A DNA stretch of 64,000 bases from the NCBI GenBank assembly GCA_041739215.1, contig JBGSOI010000029.1, forward strand, positions 4,820-68,819, written 5' to 3'. The notes beneath the pieces are model-generated. The model ran no database searches. It saw only the letters and a list, made by a program, of their open reading frames with translations, and was not told where the DNA came from. This document shows positions 51,068 through 61,464 of this stretch, piece by piece. The stretch is from Akkermansiaceae bacterium. GTDB taxonomy: Bacteria; Verrucomicrobiota; Verrucomicrobiia; Verrucomicrobiales; Akkermansiaceae. Each line of letters begins with the position of its first letter. Position 1 is the first letter of the stretch. The position numbers were made by a program, and so were the translations under genes.

Positions 51068-52366
51068 CTAACCGAAAAGTGTGGTGATCGGCACGCCCTT
51101 GTCCGCGATTTTGAACGGACGCTTGGTGGGCGACATGATGACGGTGTCGTAGGGCAGGCCGAGGGCGTAGGCAATGGTGGCGTTGAAATCCTGGACGCTG
51201 GTAATGCCTTCTTTCACTTTGCCGCCTGAGGCATCGGTGACTCCATGGACAGTGCCGCCTTTGATGCCCCCGCCGGCGAGAACGCAGGAGAAGGCGGATG
51301 GGTGGTGATCCCGGCCGTTCTGATGCTCGGTCTTGATCTCGGGAGTGCGGCCGAATTCGGTGGCGACCACGACGAGGGTGTCCTTGAGTTTGCCGGTTTT
51401 TTCGAGGTCGGTGATGAGGGCGGCGTAGGCTTGGTCGAACTCTTTGCAGCGGCCTTCGACGCCGGTGAAGTTGTCGTAATGGGTGTCCCAACCGCCGAGC
51501 TGGACCTCGACAAAGCGGACTCCGTTCTGCACGAGACGGCGGGCGAGGAGGCAGCCCTGGGCAAAGCGACCTGAGCCGTAGAGGTCGCGGGTGGCTTGGG
51601 ATTCCTGGCCGAGATCGAAGGCTTTGAGATCCTTGGAGTTCATCAGGGCGATGGCCTCGCGGTAAAGTTCCTCATAAGCTTTGACGTCGGCATTCGGATA
51701 GCGGCCGTGGAACTGGCGGTTCATCTTGTCGGCAAGCGACAGGCGGCGTTCGAAGTTTTCCGGAGTGACGTCGCTGGCGCGGTGGGAATCCTGAAGGCCG
51801 TCGTCGGGGCTGCCGATCGGCGCGGCGGAATATTTCGCGCCAAGGAATCCCCCGCCAGTTAGATCGGAGGAACTGTTCACTGCGACGAATCCGGGAAGTT
51901 CGGGGTGAATGCGGCCGCCGAGTTTCACAACCCAGGCACCGAGCGCGGGGTGCTTGATGGTGCCGCGGAGGTCGTAGCTGGTGTGCATGGTGTAAGCACC
52001 CTGCTCGTGGGCACCTTGGGTGGAGTTCATCGAGTTGATGACGCAGACCTTGTCCATCACGTCGGCGGTTTTCTTGAGATAATGGCCGACCATGATGCCG
52101 TCCGCCTTGGTGGGGATGGCCTCGGTTTTACCCATGACGTCCTTCTTCTTCGGCTTGGGATCGAAAGTGTCGACGTGGCTCATGCCGCCGGCCATGAACA
52201 GATAGATGACGTGCTTGGCGGTGCCGCCCTTGACAGTGGATTCGGGTGCGGCGCCGGCGAGGGTACCGCCTAACATAGGGAACAAATGCACGCCGAGGTA
52301 GGCGCGGGCGGCGTTGGAAACGAACTGGCGGCGGGTCAGTTCATCAGCTTTGAGGAAGGGGTTCAT
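51068..52366 (-). CDS. DUF1501 domain protein (TAT signal)
   Basis: TRRQF, AKHVIYLFMAGGMSHVDTFDPK, LLARRLV..GVRFVEV, GWDTH, EFGRTP, GRDHH. Confidence 0.9.
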   Translation of the reverse strand: MNPFLKADELTRRQFVSNAARAYLGVHLFPMLGGTLAGAAPESTVKGGTAKHVIYLFMAGGMSHVDTFDPKPKKKDVMGKTEAIPTKADGIMVGHYLKKTADVMDKVCVINSMNSTQGAHEQGAYTMHTSYDLRGTIKHPALGAWVVKLGGRIHPELPGFVAVNSSSDLTGGGFLGAKYSAAPIGSPDDGLQDSHRASDVTPENFERRLSLADKMNRQFHGRYPNADVKAYEELYREAIALMNSKDLKAFDLGQESQATRDLYGSGRFAQGCLLARRLVQNGVRFVEVQLGGWDTHYDNFTGVEGRCKEFDQAYAALITDLEKTGKLKDTLVVVATEFGRTPEIKTEHQNGRDHHPSAFSCVLAGGGIKGGTVHGVTDASGGKVKEGITSVQDFNATIAYALGLPYDTVIMSPTKRPFKIADKGVPITTLFG

Positions 52367-52378
52367 GGTGGGTGGGTT

Positions 52379-54286
52379 TTATTGGAGGAACAGGAACTCG
52401 GAGGACATGACGAGGGCGGAGACGATATTGCGGTAACCGGCATCGCCGTCTTTCTTAACTTCGTCGAGCATCCAGGTCATCTCCTCGTCGGTCGGTGGAC
52501 GGCTGAGGATGGCGATGTAGAGGCGGCGGATTTTCTCCTTGTCGGACTTCGCGCCCTCGAGGGTCTTGTAGAGGTATGCGGAGGATTTGTTGACGAGCTC
52601 GCGCTGGACGAAGCCGTTCATGAGGGAAAGGACCTGGCCGACATTTGGCTCGCGGCTGGATGCATCCACAACCTCACGGTCGGATGCACCGAAGAGAAAC
52701 AGGAAATGGTCGCGCGGCGCGGGTGAAGGCAGTTCGGAGGCTCGGACTTTCGCGTCCTTGTTGTAAGTGCGGGTCGGGGCCATGCCCATCATCATCGAAG
52801 TGCCGCTGCCAGCACCGCCACCGCTTTTCACATCACTGAAGAACTTGTTGAAGTAGGCGCGAACCTCAGGCTCCGACTGGAGCGCCAGGACCTCCTTGGA
52901 AAGCTGGGTCATCGTCTTCTTCCCGGCGAGAACCGGCTTGTCACCTACATAGATGCGGTCGTCGAGCGAACGAGGCGGAGTTTTGTCAGGATCTCCGGCG
53001 GCGAGGGTGATGAGGGAATCCCAGATCTGCTCGGAGGAGAGACGCTCGATCTTGCGGCCGTGGAAATCGTCGCCGCCCTCGACGGTCGATGGATTCGGAT
53101 TGGTGGCGAACTGGAACGTGCGGGTCAGGAGCAGGACGTGCTGAAAGGCGCGGAGGTCGTAGTTGAGATCGGCCATCAGGGTCCCCAGATAGGTCACCAA
53201 CTCCGGATAGTTGGATTTCTTGGCGGGGATGAATTCATCGACCGGTTCGTAAATGCCCTTGCCCATGACGCGCTTCCACATGCGGTTGGCGGCCACGGTG
53301 GCAAACTGCTCGCCGGTTTTGGCAACGATCCAATCCGCGAGTTTCTGCCGACCATCGGTATCGACTTTTTTCTCCGACATGCGGACAGCCTGACCGAACG
53401 GAGTGCGGGCACCGACGACATCGCCGGGCTTGGCATCGCGGTACTGATAGTCCGAAGGCAGTTCGATCTGGCCGGTGCCACCACCGCCAAGCGACATTCC
53501 GTAAACGCGATCCCAGAGGGTCTGCGCCGCGCGGTATTCCTCTCCCCGGTTCGCCTGATCGTCCGCAAGCTCGTCCCACAGCGGCTGCATGTTTTCCCGC
53601 CGGACCATGGACTGGCCATGGGTGAAGGCGGCGAGCTGATAGAAGTCGTGGCGCTCGGTGGTGCCGAACGGATCATCGTGGCACTGGGCGCACTCCATGT
53701 GGGTGCCAAGGAACACGCGCATGGTGTTGGATAGATTGTCGAGGGGCATGCCGCGGTCGCGGGTGTAATATCCGACCGCCGCGGTGTTCTGATCCCAGCC
53801 GTCGCCGGAGCTGGCGATCAAATGGCCGGTGAATTCATTCCACGGCATGTTCTTGGTCATCGCGGTCCGAACCCAGTGCCGATATGGCTCGTTAGTCGCC
53901 GAGGTGCCTACCCGGCCATCGGTGATGCGCAGGAGGTCGAAAGCCCAATTCGTCATGTGGCTGGAGTAGCCCTTGGATTTCATCAGATAGTCCACCAATG
54001 CGTCGCGCTTGGTCGGGTCTTCGATTTCGAGAAACGCGAGCGCCTCCTCGGCGGTGGGGATGCGGCCGACAGACACGAGGAACGCGCGTCGCAGGAAAGT
54101 CGCGTCGTCGGTCACCTTGGGGACGTCGAGCTTTTTGGCGCGGTAGAAGGAGGCGATGTGGAAATCGATCTGCAGCGCTGCTTTCTTCATGAACGCCGCA
54201 TCGGCCTGCGGTTTTTGTTCTTGGGCGTGCAGTCCGCAGAGCGAGACCGAGATCGCCAGCGAGGCAAAGGTGAAGCAGGGTTTCAT
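52379..54286 (-). CDS. DUF1549/DUF1553 (PSD1) domain protein
   Basis: DDATFLRR..L...GRIPT, FLGTHMECAQCHD, ANRMWKRVMGKG, RRLYIAILSRPPT, SSEFLF. Confidence 0.9.
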   Translation of the reverse strand: MKPCFTFASLAISVSLCGLHAQEQKPQADAAFMKKAALQIDFHIASFYRAKKLDVPKVTDDATFLRRAFLVSVGRIPTAEEALAFLEIEDPTKRDALVDYLMKSKGYSSHMTNWAFDLLRITDGRVGTSATNEPYRHWVRTAMTKNMPWNEFTGHLIASSGDGWDQNTAAVGYYTRDRGMPLDNLSNTMRVFLGTHMECAQCHDDPFGTTERHDFYQLAAFTHGQSMVRRENMQPLWDELADDQANRGEEYRAAQTLWDRVYGMSLGGGGTGQIELPSDYQYRDAKPGDVVGARTPFGQAVRMSEKKVDTDGRQKLADWIVAKTGEQFATVAANRMWKRVMGKGIYEPVDEFIPAKKSNYPELVTYLGTLMADLNYDLRAFQHVLLLTRTFQFATNPNPSTVEGGDDFHGRKIERLSSEQIWDSLITLAAGDPDKTPPRSLDDRIYVGDKPVLAGKKTMTQLSKEVLALQSEPEVRAYFNKFFSDVKSGGGAGSGTSMMMGMAPTRTYNKDAKVRASELPSPAPRDHFLFLFGASDREVVDASSREPNVGQVLSLMNGFVQRELVNKSSAYLYKTLEGAKSDKEKIRRLYIAILSRPPTDEEMTWMLDEVKKDGDAGYRNIVSALVMSSEFLFLQ

Positions 54287-54342
54287 GGGTTTTAGGTTGA
54301 ATTCGAAGTTAGCGGGACAGCCTACGAAGTCAATTTAGCGTT

Positions 54343-54747
54343 TCATTCGGCAGAGGCAGCGGAAATTTCGCGAAGGATCGGCACGTCCGCGGCGGCCCAG
54401 GCGAGTTCGCGGGAATTTTCCGGCGAGCACCAGCGAAGCTCCTCATGCTCTACGGCCTGCAACTCACCGCCGATGATCTTGCAGCGGAATGGCAGCAGGC
54501 GGATGGTTTTGTCCTCATAAATCCAAATCACCGGCGTGAGTGCGACACCAACTTTCACCTCCACGGTGAGTTCCTCACGCAGCTCGCGGACAAGGGCGGC
54601 TTCGGGGGATTCACCAGGATCGATTTTCCCACCGGGAAACTCCCACATCCCGCCAAGGTGTTTTCCGGCGGGACGCAAGCACGCCAGAATCTGGCCCGAT
54701 GCATTTTCAATCACCCCACAGACCACATTCATCATGATTTGAGACAT
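54343..54747 (-). CDS. MutT/NudG-like NUDIX pyrophosphohydrolase
   Basis: [31 protein letters not shown]. Confidence 0.88.
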   Translation of the reverse strand: MSQIMMNVVCGVIENASGQILACLRPAGKHLGGMWEFPGGKIDPGESPEAALVRELREELTVEVKVGVALTPVIWIYEDKTIRLLPFRCKIIGGELQAVEHEELRWCSPENSRELAWAAADVPILREISAASAE

Positions 54748-54803
54748 TGGGTGAGTGGTACGTCCGCGTTCAACCGGGGCGAGATTGAATTTCCCTCAAG
54801 CAC

Positions 54804-54834
54804 AAAAAAAGCCACCGGATTGCGTCCGGCGGCT
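54804..54834 (-). terminator. intrinsic terminator of the Cys-rich repeat gene
   Basis: Minus-strand stem-loop AGCCGCCGGA-CGCAA-TCCGGTGGCT followed by a T-run. Confidence 0.8.
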
Positions 54835-54861
54835 CTATTGAATGGTTCTGCGTTCTGAGAA

Positions 54862-55404
54862 TCAGGCGAGGGTGCCTTCGGTGCTCTTTTCCTTGTCGCA
54901 CTTGCCCTTTTCGCAATCAGCGCCGGCAATGAGCGTGCCTTCTTCCTTGTCCTTGTCGCACTTGCCTTTATCGCAATCAGCGCCGGCGATGAGCGTGCCT
55001 TCTTCCTTGTCCTTGTCGCACTTGCCTTTATCGCAATCAGCGCCGGCAATGAGCGTGCCTTCTTCCTTGTCCTTGTCGCACTTGCCTTTATCGCAATCAG
55101 CGCCGGCGATGAGCGTGCCTTCTTTCTTGTCCTTGTCGCACTTGCCTTTATCGCAATCAGCACCGGCAATAAGCGTGCCTTCTTCCTTTTTCTCGTCGCC
55201 CTTCTTGCACTTGTCGCAATCGGCTCCGGCGATGACAGTGCCTTCCTCTTTCTTCTCGTCGCCCTTCTTGCACTTGTCGCAATCAGCGCCAGTGACGACG
55301 GCACCTTCTTGTTTTTCCTTGCTGACCTTGCCAGTTTCGCAATCGCAGGCGAAGGCAGGAACGACCATAAACGATGCGCAAAGCGCGCTGAGGAGTAGTT
55401 TCAT
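54862..55404 (-). CDS. secreted Cys/Lys/Asp-rich tandem-repeat protein
   Basis: Sec signal ending PAFA; seven GADC-containing units; variation between DNA units falls mostly at third codon positions, supporting this frame; own terminator. Confidence 0.85.
   Translation of the reverse strand: MKLLLSALCASFMVVPAFACDCETGKVSKEKQEGAVVTGADCDKCKKGDEKKEEGTVIAGADCDKCKKGDEKKEEGTLIAGADCDKGKCDKDKKEGTLIAGADCDKGKCDKDKEEGTLIAGADCDKGKCDKDKEEGTLIAGADCDKGKCDKDKEEGTLIAGADCEKGKCDKEKSTEGTLA
54886..55308 (-). repeat. coding tandem repeat (5 x 60 bp plus 2 x ~63 bp)
   Basis: Near-identical 60-nt periodicity across ~54890-55190, then two longer CxxC-type units. Confidence 0.92.
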
Positions 55405-55638
55405 ATGTGTGGTTTAGTGGGTTGATTCAAACGTGTAGGAGAATATTCGGAAATGAGAGGCGCGCCAGAAAAACTTATTCCAAGAAATTTTCAACTGCGA
55501 ATTCACGCACCCCGATCGGCAACAAAACTCCGCTCCATGCCGAAAGTTTCTGAAATCCCGGAAATTTTTCTCTGTCGCCGTGGCGCGTGATTGAGCTTGG
55601 CCCGGGTGAACTTGTGGCCTATTTCCCCCGGCTTTCCC

Positions 55639-56772
55639 GTGTCTTTCGCCATTTCCGCCACCGATCCGACGACCTCCGCCCGTTGCGGCAGATTGGTTTT
55701 GCCCCATGGGATCGTTGAAACGCCGATCTTCATGCCGGTGGGCACGCAGGGCACGGTCAAAACCCTGCATCCTGCCGAGTTGGAACTTCTCGGAGCGCAG
55801 ATCATTCTGGGAAATACCTATCACTTGTGGCTCCGACCCGGCCATGAGCTGATCCGCGAGCTGGGCGGGCTGCACGGTTTCAGCACTTGGAACAAACCCA
55901 TGCTCACCGATTCGGGCGGTTTCCAAGTCTGGTCGCTGGCGAAACTCCGAAAAATCACCGAGGAGGGCGTTCGGTTCCAAAACCACCTCGACGGTTCGAA
56001 AATGCTGCTAACACCCGAGCTCAGCATGGAAATCCAAGCTGCTCTCGGCTCGGACATCGCGATGCTCTTCGACGAATGCCCCCCATATCCTTGCGACGAA
56101 GCCTACGCCGCCAAATCACTCGCACTGACGACCCGCTGGGCCAAGCGCTGCAGGGACTGGGTCACCACCCACGAACCGCGCTCAGGTGACGGTCGGCAGC
56201 AACATTTCGGCATCGTCCAAGGCTCGATTTACGCCGATCTGCGCGAACGATCGGCCCGCGAACTGGTGGAGCTTGGCTTCGACGGCTACGCCATCGGTGG
56301 CGTCTCCGTGGGCGAACCTGAACACGAGATGTTCCGCGCCATCGACAATGCGGTACCATTCCTGCCTCATGACAAACCGCGCTATGCGATGGGCCTCGGC
56401 ACTCCGCCGCAGATTCTTGAAATGATCGCCCGCGGGGTGGACATGTTCGACTGCGTGATGCCCACCCGGCTCGCCCGCCACGGCATGGCGATGACGCTCG
56501 ATGGCCCGATCAACATCAAGAACCTGATCCACGCCAAAGACCCGCGGCCGCTGTGCGAGAGCGCGCATCCGCACGTCGCCGGATTTTCCCGCGCCTATTT
56601 GCGGCACCTTTTCCGGGCTGGCGAAATCCTAGGTTTGCGGTTGCTTTCCTTCCACAATCTGCATTTCTACCTGTCCCTCGTCGCCAGAGCGCGGGAAGCC
56701 ATCACCGCTGGGAACTTCCCCGCATTCAAAGACTCCTTCGTTCAACGCTACACCCGATCCGATTCCCAATGA
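55639..56772 (+). CDS. tgt: queuine tRNA-ribosyltransferase
   Basis: TPIFMPVGTQGTVK, GNTYHL, TDSGGFQV, FDEC, GIVQG, DMFDCVMPTR, HNL. Confidence 0.96.
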   Translation: MSFAISATDPTTSARCGRLVLPHGIVETPIFMPVGTQGTVKTLHPAELELLGAQIILGNTYHLWLRPGHELIRELGGLHGFSTWNKPMLTDSGGFQVWSLAKLRKITEEGVRFQNHLDGSKMLLTPELSMEIQAALGSDIAMLFDECPPYPCDEAYAAKSLALTTRWAKRCRDWVTTHEPRSGDGRQQHFGIVQGSIYADLRERSARELVELGFDGYAIGGVSVGEPEHEMFRAIDNAVPFLPHDKPRYAMGLGTPPQILEMIARGVDMFDCVMPTRLARHGMAMTLDGPINIKNLIHAKDPRPLCESAHPHVAGFSRAYLRHLFRAGEILGLRLLSFHNLHFYLSLVARAREAITAGNFPAFKDSFVQRYTRSDSQ

Positions 56773-57113
56773 TATCCATCCTCGCAGCCATCAGCACCAT
56801 CCTCGCCCAAGCTCCGCCCGCCAACGCTCCGGAAAGCATCCTCGGCAGCCCGTTCGTCATGATGGGTATCATGGTCGTGATGTTCTATTTCCTCCTGATT
56901 CGCCCGCAGCAGCGGCAGCGCAAGGAAATGGCAGCTCGCATCGCCGCGCTGCAGTCCGGCGACAAGGTGGTCACCTCGGCAGGCCTCCACGGGATCATTC
57001 ACAATGTCAAGGAACACACCGTGGTCATCAAGGTTGCGGAGGGCACCATGCTCGAATTTGACAAGGCGGCCGTGGCCACCGTCCACAAGAAGGATGTCTC
57101 CTCCGCCAAATAA
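56769..57113 (+). CDS. yajC: preprotein translocase subunit YajC
   Basis: FYFLLIRPQQRQRKE, GDKVVTSAGLHG; ATGA overlap with tgt. Confidence 0.93.
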   Translation: MISILAAISTILAQAPPANAPESILGSPFVMMGIMVVMFYFLLIRPQQRQRKEMAARIAALQSGDKVVTSAGLHGIIHNVKEHTVVIKVAEGTMLEFDKAAVATVHKKDVSSAK

Positions 57114-57171
57114 GCCGTTCCTGAATTCATTGATTCCGCCCCTTTCCGGTGCCTTACCCGACGTTCAAACC

Positions 57172-59613
57172 ATGCTTGCCTTCACCGCTTTTTACGACGA
57201 CCCGCTGACCCTTTTCCTTATTGGATTGGCGCTGATGATCCTGTTCTTCTGGTACTTCGCGACCGAAATCGAACGGCGGAAGAGGAATGTAGGCACCGTG
57301 CTGCTCATCGGCGTCTGCGCACTCTGCGTCATGGCCGCCACTCCGCTTGAAAAGCGTCTCAAGGGCGGCATCGACATCGTCGGTGGATCCGCTTTCACCC
57401 TTCGCATTCAAGAGCGGGAAGGCGACGACGGCAATAAAATGCCGATCACCAACGAGCAGGTCGATCAGGCGATCAAGGTCATCGAAAAGCGAATCAACAG
57501 CATGGGCAACAAAGAACCCATGATCGCCCGCCAGGGTACTGACGGGATCATCGTCCAAATGCCTGGTGTGGAGCCGGAGGAATCCGAACGCATCCGCGAA
57601 ATCCTGGAAAAAGTCGCCAAGCTGGAACTCAAGGAAGTCAGCCCCCGCAATGACGAGCCTGGTCCGGATGGCAAACGTCTCGCGGAGCGGGTGGCCGCAG
57701 GCACCGAAAAGGTCCCAGGCGAGCTCGCCTACACGCTCAGAGGCAAGGATCAGGACGGCAAGGAATATTCCACGCCAATTCTACTCAAGCGCCGTTCAGC
57801 GCTCGGCGGTTCGGACATTGCGTTCGCCACGCCTTCCCAGCAACAGCGGGACGCCGTGGACATCACCCTCAACAGCGGTGGCACCGACAAGATGATTGCA
57901 CTCACGAAAAACATGCGCCCCGGTGTGGATCGCATTGCGATCGTTCTCGACGGCGAAGTAATCAGCGCCCCGGTCGTCAACCAGGTGCCACTCGGCAAAC
58001 AATTCATCATTGAAGGACTCAGCGAGCCCGGCGAGGTCGAAAACCTGGCGAACGCCCTGATGAACCCGCTGGAGAACTCGCTGATCGTGGAAACTTTCGA
58101 CGCCGTTTCTCCAACACTCGGTGCCGCGGTCGTGAAGCAAGGCATCTGGGCGGGCATCATCGGACTCTCCATCACCTTCGTCTTCGTCCTGCTCTACTAC
58201 CGCCTTGCTGGCATCATCGCCCTCGTCGGACTTTTGGTTAACGGCATCATCCTGTTCGGCGTGATGGCCATGTTCGGCTTCACCTTTTCACTTCCGGGCA
58301 TCGCCGGGATGATCCTGACCATCGGCATGGCTGTGGACGCAAACGTCCTGATTTACGAACGCCTGCGTGAGGAAATCGAAAGCGGGAAATCCCTAAAGAA
58401 CGCCATCGCGGCAGCATACGACAAGGCGTTCAGTGCGATTTTCGACTCCAATCTGACCTCGTTGATCACCGCCAGCATCCTGTTTTGGATGACCAGCGGC
58501 TCGATCAAGGGATTCGCCGTCACCCTTACCATCGGGATTCTTGCCTCGATGTTCTCGGCGATTCTCGTCACCCGCGTGTTGTTCCGCTGGGGAATCGATC
58601 TGAACATCCTGAAAAAGGTGAGCTTCCTGAACCTCATCCATTCGACCAATTTCGACTTCCTCGGCAAACGCCGGCTGGCGGGCATTGCTTCGCTGGTTCT
58701 CGTAGTGATTTCTTTTGCAGCCTTCGCGATCCACAAGGAGCGCGCGTTCGGAGTGGACTTCACCGGCGGCACTCTGATCCAGTTCCAGCTTGGTAAAGAG
58801 GCGTCAGTCCCCTTGGCCGAGGTGGAAAAGGCACTCGCCACCCTGAACCTCGGCAAGGCCGCCTTCCCTCAGGAACAAAGCAACCCAGCCACCGGCACCT
58901 CGCTGACTGTCCGCAGCGATACGAAGGATGCGCCGCAGATTATCGCGAAACTGCGTGAAGCGATCCCCGTTCTGGCGGAGCAAAAAACCGGTGATGATGG
59001 CACAAAGAACTATGTCATCGACAGCAGTACCAAGGAAATATCCGCACTCATCGGCGAAACCTTCCTCAAGGAAGCGGTGATCGCGCTGATCCTGGGCCTG
59101 ATCGGCATTCTCATCTACATCACTGTCCGGTTCGAATTCTCGTTCGCTCTTGGCGGCTTCGTCGCCATCCTTCACGACGTGATCATTTCCGTGGGACTTA
59201 TCGTCCTCTTCGGCGGCGAGCTCTCCCTGATCCACGTCGGGGCGATTCTCACGATCGCCGGTTACTCGATCAATGACACCATCGTCGTGTTCGACCGGAT
59301 TCGTGAAAGCCTGCTGATCCGCAGCGGCTCGATCAAGTCGCTGATGAACGAGGCGATCAACGCCACGCTTTCCCGGACCTTGCTGACCTCGGCCACCACC
59401 ATCATCACCGTCGCGATCCTGTCGCTCTTTGGTGGCTCCGCCCTGCGGGACTTTTCGGTGATGATCCTGATCGGACTTTTGGTCGGCACCTATTCGTCGA
59501 TCTTCGTCGCCTCGCCGGTCGTCCTATGGTGGAGCAACCGCAAAGGAGGAAGCATCCGCGATGAAGTCCTCACCTCGGCCGCCAAGGCCGAGTCCATCTC
59601 CGCGGCACCCTGA
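57172..59613 (+). CDS. secDF: fused protein translocase subunit SecDF
   Basis: GIDIVGG, AIVLDG, IGMAVDANVLIYERLREE, GVDFTGG, HDV, GYSINDTIVVFDRIRE. Confidence 0.95.
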   Translation: MLAFTAFYDDPLTLFLIGLALMILFFWYFATEIERRKRNVGTVLLIGVCALCVMAATPLEKRLKGGIDIVGGSAFTLRIQEREGDDGNKMPITNEQVDQAIKVIEKRINSMGNKEPMIARQGTDGIIVQMPGVEPEESERIREILEKVAKLELKEVSPRNDEPGPDGKRLAERVAAGTEKVPGELAYTLRGKDQDGKEYSTPILLKRRSALGGSDIAFATPSQQQRDAVDITLNSGGTDKMIALTKNMRPGVDRIAIVLDGEVISAPVVNQVPLGKQFIIEGLSEPGEVENLANALMNPLENSLIVETFDAVSPTLGAAVVKQGIWAGIIGLSITFVFVLLYYRLAGIIALVGLLVNGIILFGVMAMFGFTFSLPGIAGMILTIGMAVDANVLIYERLREEIESGKSLKNAIAAAYDKAFSAIFDSNLTSLITASILFWMTSGSIKGFAVTLTIGILASMFSAILVTRVLFRWGIDLNILKKVSFLNLIHSTNFDFLGKRRLAGIASLVLVVISFAAFAIHKERAFGVDFTGGTLIQFQLGKEASVPLAEVEKALATLNLGKAAFPQEQSNPATGTSLTVRSDTKDAPQIIAKLREAIPVLAEQKTGDDGTKNYVIDSSTKEISALIGETFLKEAVIALILGLIGILIYITVRFEFSFALGGFVAILHDVIISVGLIVLFGGELSLIHVGAILTIAGYSINDTIVVFDRIRESLLIRSGSIKSLMNEAINATLSRTLLTSATTIITVAILSLFGGSALRDFSVMILIGLLVGTYSSIFVASPVVLWWSNRKGGSIRDEVLTSAAKAESISAAP

Positions 59614-59658
59614 TCGCCGGAGCGGCGGGGAATTCGCAATCCTTCAGCCTTCGTCCGG

Positions 59659-60432
59659 TCAGTTAGCCGGCGGAGCTGAAGGCGGCGGGAAATCTTCCGG
59701 CGAAATCTTGTGGTCTGAGTTCCGGTCGAGAATTTCAAAGCGATCTTCCTGCTGATCTTCGGACAAGTTCCTGACCGCCGGCCCGGTGCGAAATTCCCCG
59801 AATGACAAGGCACCGTCGCCATTGAGATCCAGTTTGCGGTTGATCTGGTCAGGACCTCCGCCGTCCTCCGGGCGCTCCCCATCACCGCGCTTGAGATGCG
59901 GTTTGCCATCCGGGTTTTTGAAGGGATGCACCGGGCGATCCTTGGGGGAAATCACCCCGTCACCGTCGGTATCCAGCCGCTGGAATACCTCCTTTTGCTT
60001 TTCCGGAGGCAGCTTCATGAACACTTGCCCCGCCTTGAATTCCTCAAGGCTGATTCCACCGCTTTTGTCGGAATCGAGTTCCCACAAACGCTTCATTGGC
60101 GCGTCCTTGCCATCACGCGGTTTCCCAAGAAGCGCGAGTTCCTCGCGGCTTAACCTGCCATCGGTGTCCTTGTCCAATCGCTTGAACAAATTCTGACTCT
60201 TCTCCTGAGGTAATTTCTGAATCCGAGGCATGGCGTCGAACTCAGTCTTGGAAATAAACCCGTCCTTGTCCGTGTCCGCGAGCTTCCACGCCTCCATGGA
60301 TTGCTGCTTTGGACCGCGACGCTCGCCCTTTTGATCGGCAGGCGGATCCATCGGCGGTTCCGGTGGCTGGGCAAGGCAAACCGCCGGCAGCAGCATTCCT
60401 GCAATAAGAAAGGAAACAGGGATTGTTTTCAT
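59659..60432 (-). CDS. secreted EF-hand protein (six loops)
   Basis: Signal peptide; DTDKDGFISKTE, DKDTDGRLSREE, DSDKSGGISLEE, DTDGDGVISPKD, DLNGDGALSFGE, DRNSDHKISPED. Confidence 0.85.
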   Translation of the reverse strand: MKTIPVSFLIAGMLLPAVCLAQPPEPPMDPPADQKGERRGPKQQSMEAWKLADTDKDGFISKTEFDAMPRIQKLPQEKSQNLFKRLDKDTDGRLSREELALLGKPRDGKDAPMKRLWELDSDKSGGISLEEFKAGQVFMKLPPEKQKEVFQRLDTDGDGVISPKDRPVHPFKNPDGKPHLKRGDGERPEDGGGPDQINRKLDLNGDGALSFGEFRTGPAVRNLSEDQQEDRFEILDRNSDHKISPEDFPPPSAPPAN

Positions 60433-60552
60433 GGGCAATTGACGCTCTTTTAGCCGCGTTCCACGAGGCTGGCTTGCAGAGAAACTCCAAACGCCCGCAA
60501 AAGTTTCGGTCCACGCCCTTGAAAACCTGACGCCCGTCATCACCCATCCGCC

Positions 60553-61461
60553 ATGCACATCCGAGACATTCTAACCGACTCGAAACCCTCGCTGTCCTTC
60601 GAGTTTTTCCCACCACGGACCGCCGCGTCGTGGGAAGACCTCTATCAGGCGATCCGCGAGCTCGAGCCGCTGCAGCCGACTTTCGTTTCCGTGACCTACG
60701 GGGCCGGTGGCGGCACCCGCGAACTCACCCACGATCTGGTGGTCCGCATCAAGCAAACGACTTCGATCCCGCCGGTGCCCCATCTCACCTGCGTCGGCCA
60801 CTCCGAAAAGGAAGTGACCGAAATTCTCGAACGGTATGCCGCGGCCGGCGTCAGCAACATCCTCGCCCTGCGCGGCGACCCACCCAAGGACCGCCCCGAC
60901 TACGATTGGTCGGAAAGCGGCTTCCGCCATGCCGCCGATCTGGTGCGGTTCATCCGCAGGTTCAACGAATCCGGGATCCACCCGGATCCCCGCGGATTCG
61001 GCATCGGGGTCGCAGGATTTCCGGAAGGCCATCCCGCCACCCCGAACCGGGTGGATGAACTCGATTTCCTGAAAGCCAAGGTGGACGCGGGAGCCGACTA
61101 CATCTGCACCCAGCTTTTTTTCGACAACCACGACTTCCTCGACTTCCGCGACCGCTGCGAGCTGGCGGGAATCCACGTCCCGATCATCGCCGGCGTGATG
61201 CCGGTCACCTCTCTATCAGGCATGAAGCGGATGGCGGAACTCGCCGCTGGTGCGAGATACCCGGCGAAGCTGATGCGGGCCCTGGACAGGGCGAAATCCG
61301 GCCCGGAAGCGGTCGAGCGGGTAGGCATCCACTATGCCGCCGAGCAGTGCGCCGGCCTCCTCAACGCGGGGGTGGACGGCATTCATTTCTACACCTTGAA
61401 CAAAAGCCACGCGACCCGGGAAATCTACAACAGCCTCGGCCTGGCCGCGGCGACCGCGTGA
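60553..61461 (+). CDS. metF: methylenetetrahydrofolate reductase
   Basis: SFEFFPP, SVTYGAGG, HLTC, ALRGDPP, TQLFFDN, HFYTLN. Confidence 0.96.
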   Translation: MHIRDILTDSKPSLSFEFFPPRTAASWEDLYQAIRELEPLQPTFVSVTYGAGGGTRELTHDLVVRIKQTTSIPPVPHLTCVGHSEKEVTEILERYAAAGVSNILALRGDPPKDRPDYDWSESGFRHAADLVRFIRRFNESGIHPDPRGFGIGVAGFPEGHPATPNRVDELDFLKAKVDAGADYICTQLFFDNHDFLDFRDRCELAGIHVPIIAGVMPVTSLSGMKRMAELAAGARYPAKLMRALDRAKSGPEAVERVGIHYAAEQCAGLLNAGVDGIHFYTLNKSHATREIYNSLGLAAATA

Positions 61462-61464
61462 GTC

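Noticed and set aside
51068-54286. DUF1549/1553-DUF1501 pair as a novel system
   Set aside because: Function unknown, but it is a well-known, highly paralogous PVC gene pair with nothing unusual here.
54886-55308. 60-bp periodic array as a CRISPR
   Set aside because: No unique spacers and no cas genes; it is an in-frame coding repeat.
54732-55417. Alternative-frame repeat ORFs (54732-55304 minus, 54842-55417 plus)
   Set aside because: By-products of the repeat; only the 54862-55404 frame has a signal peptide and mostly synonymous variation.
60433-60552. SAM/SAH riboswitch upstream of metF
   Set aside because: No recognisable consensus in the short divergent intergenic region.
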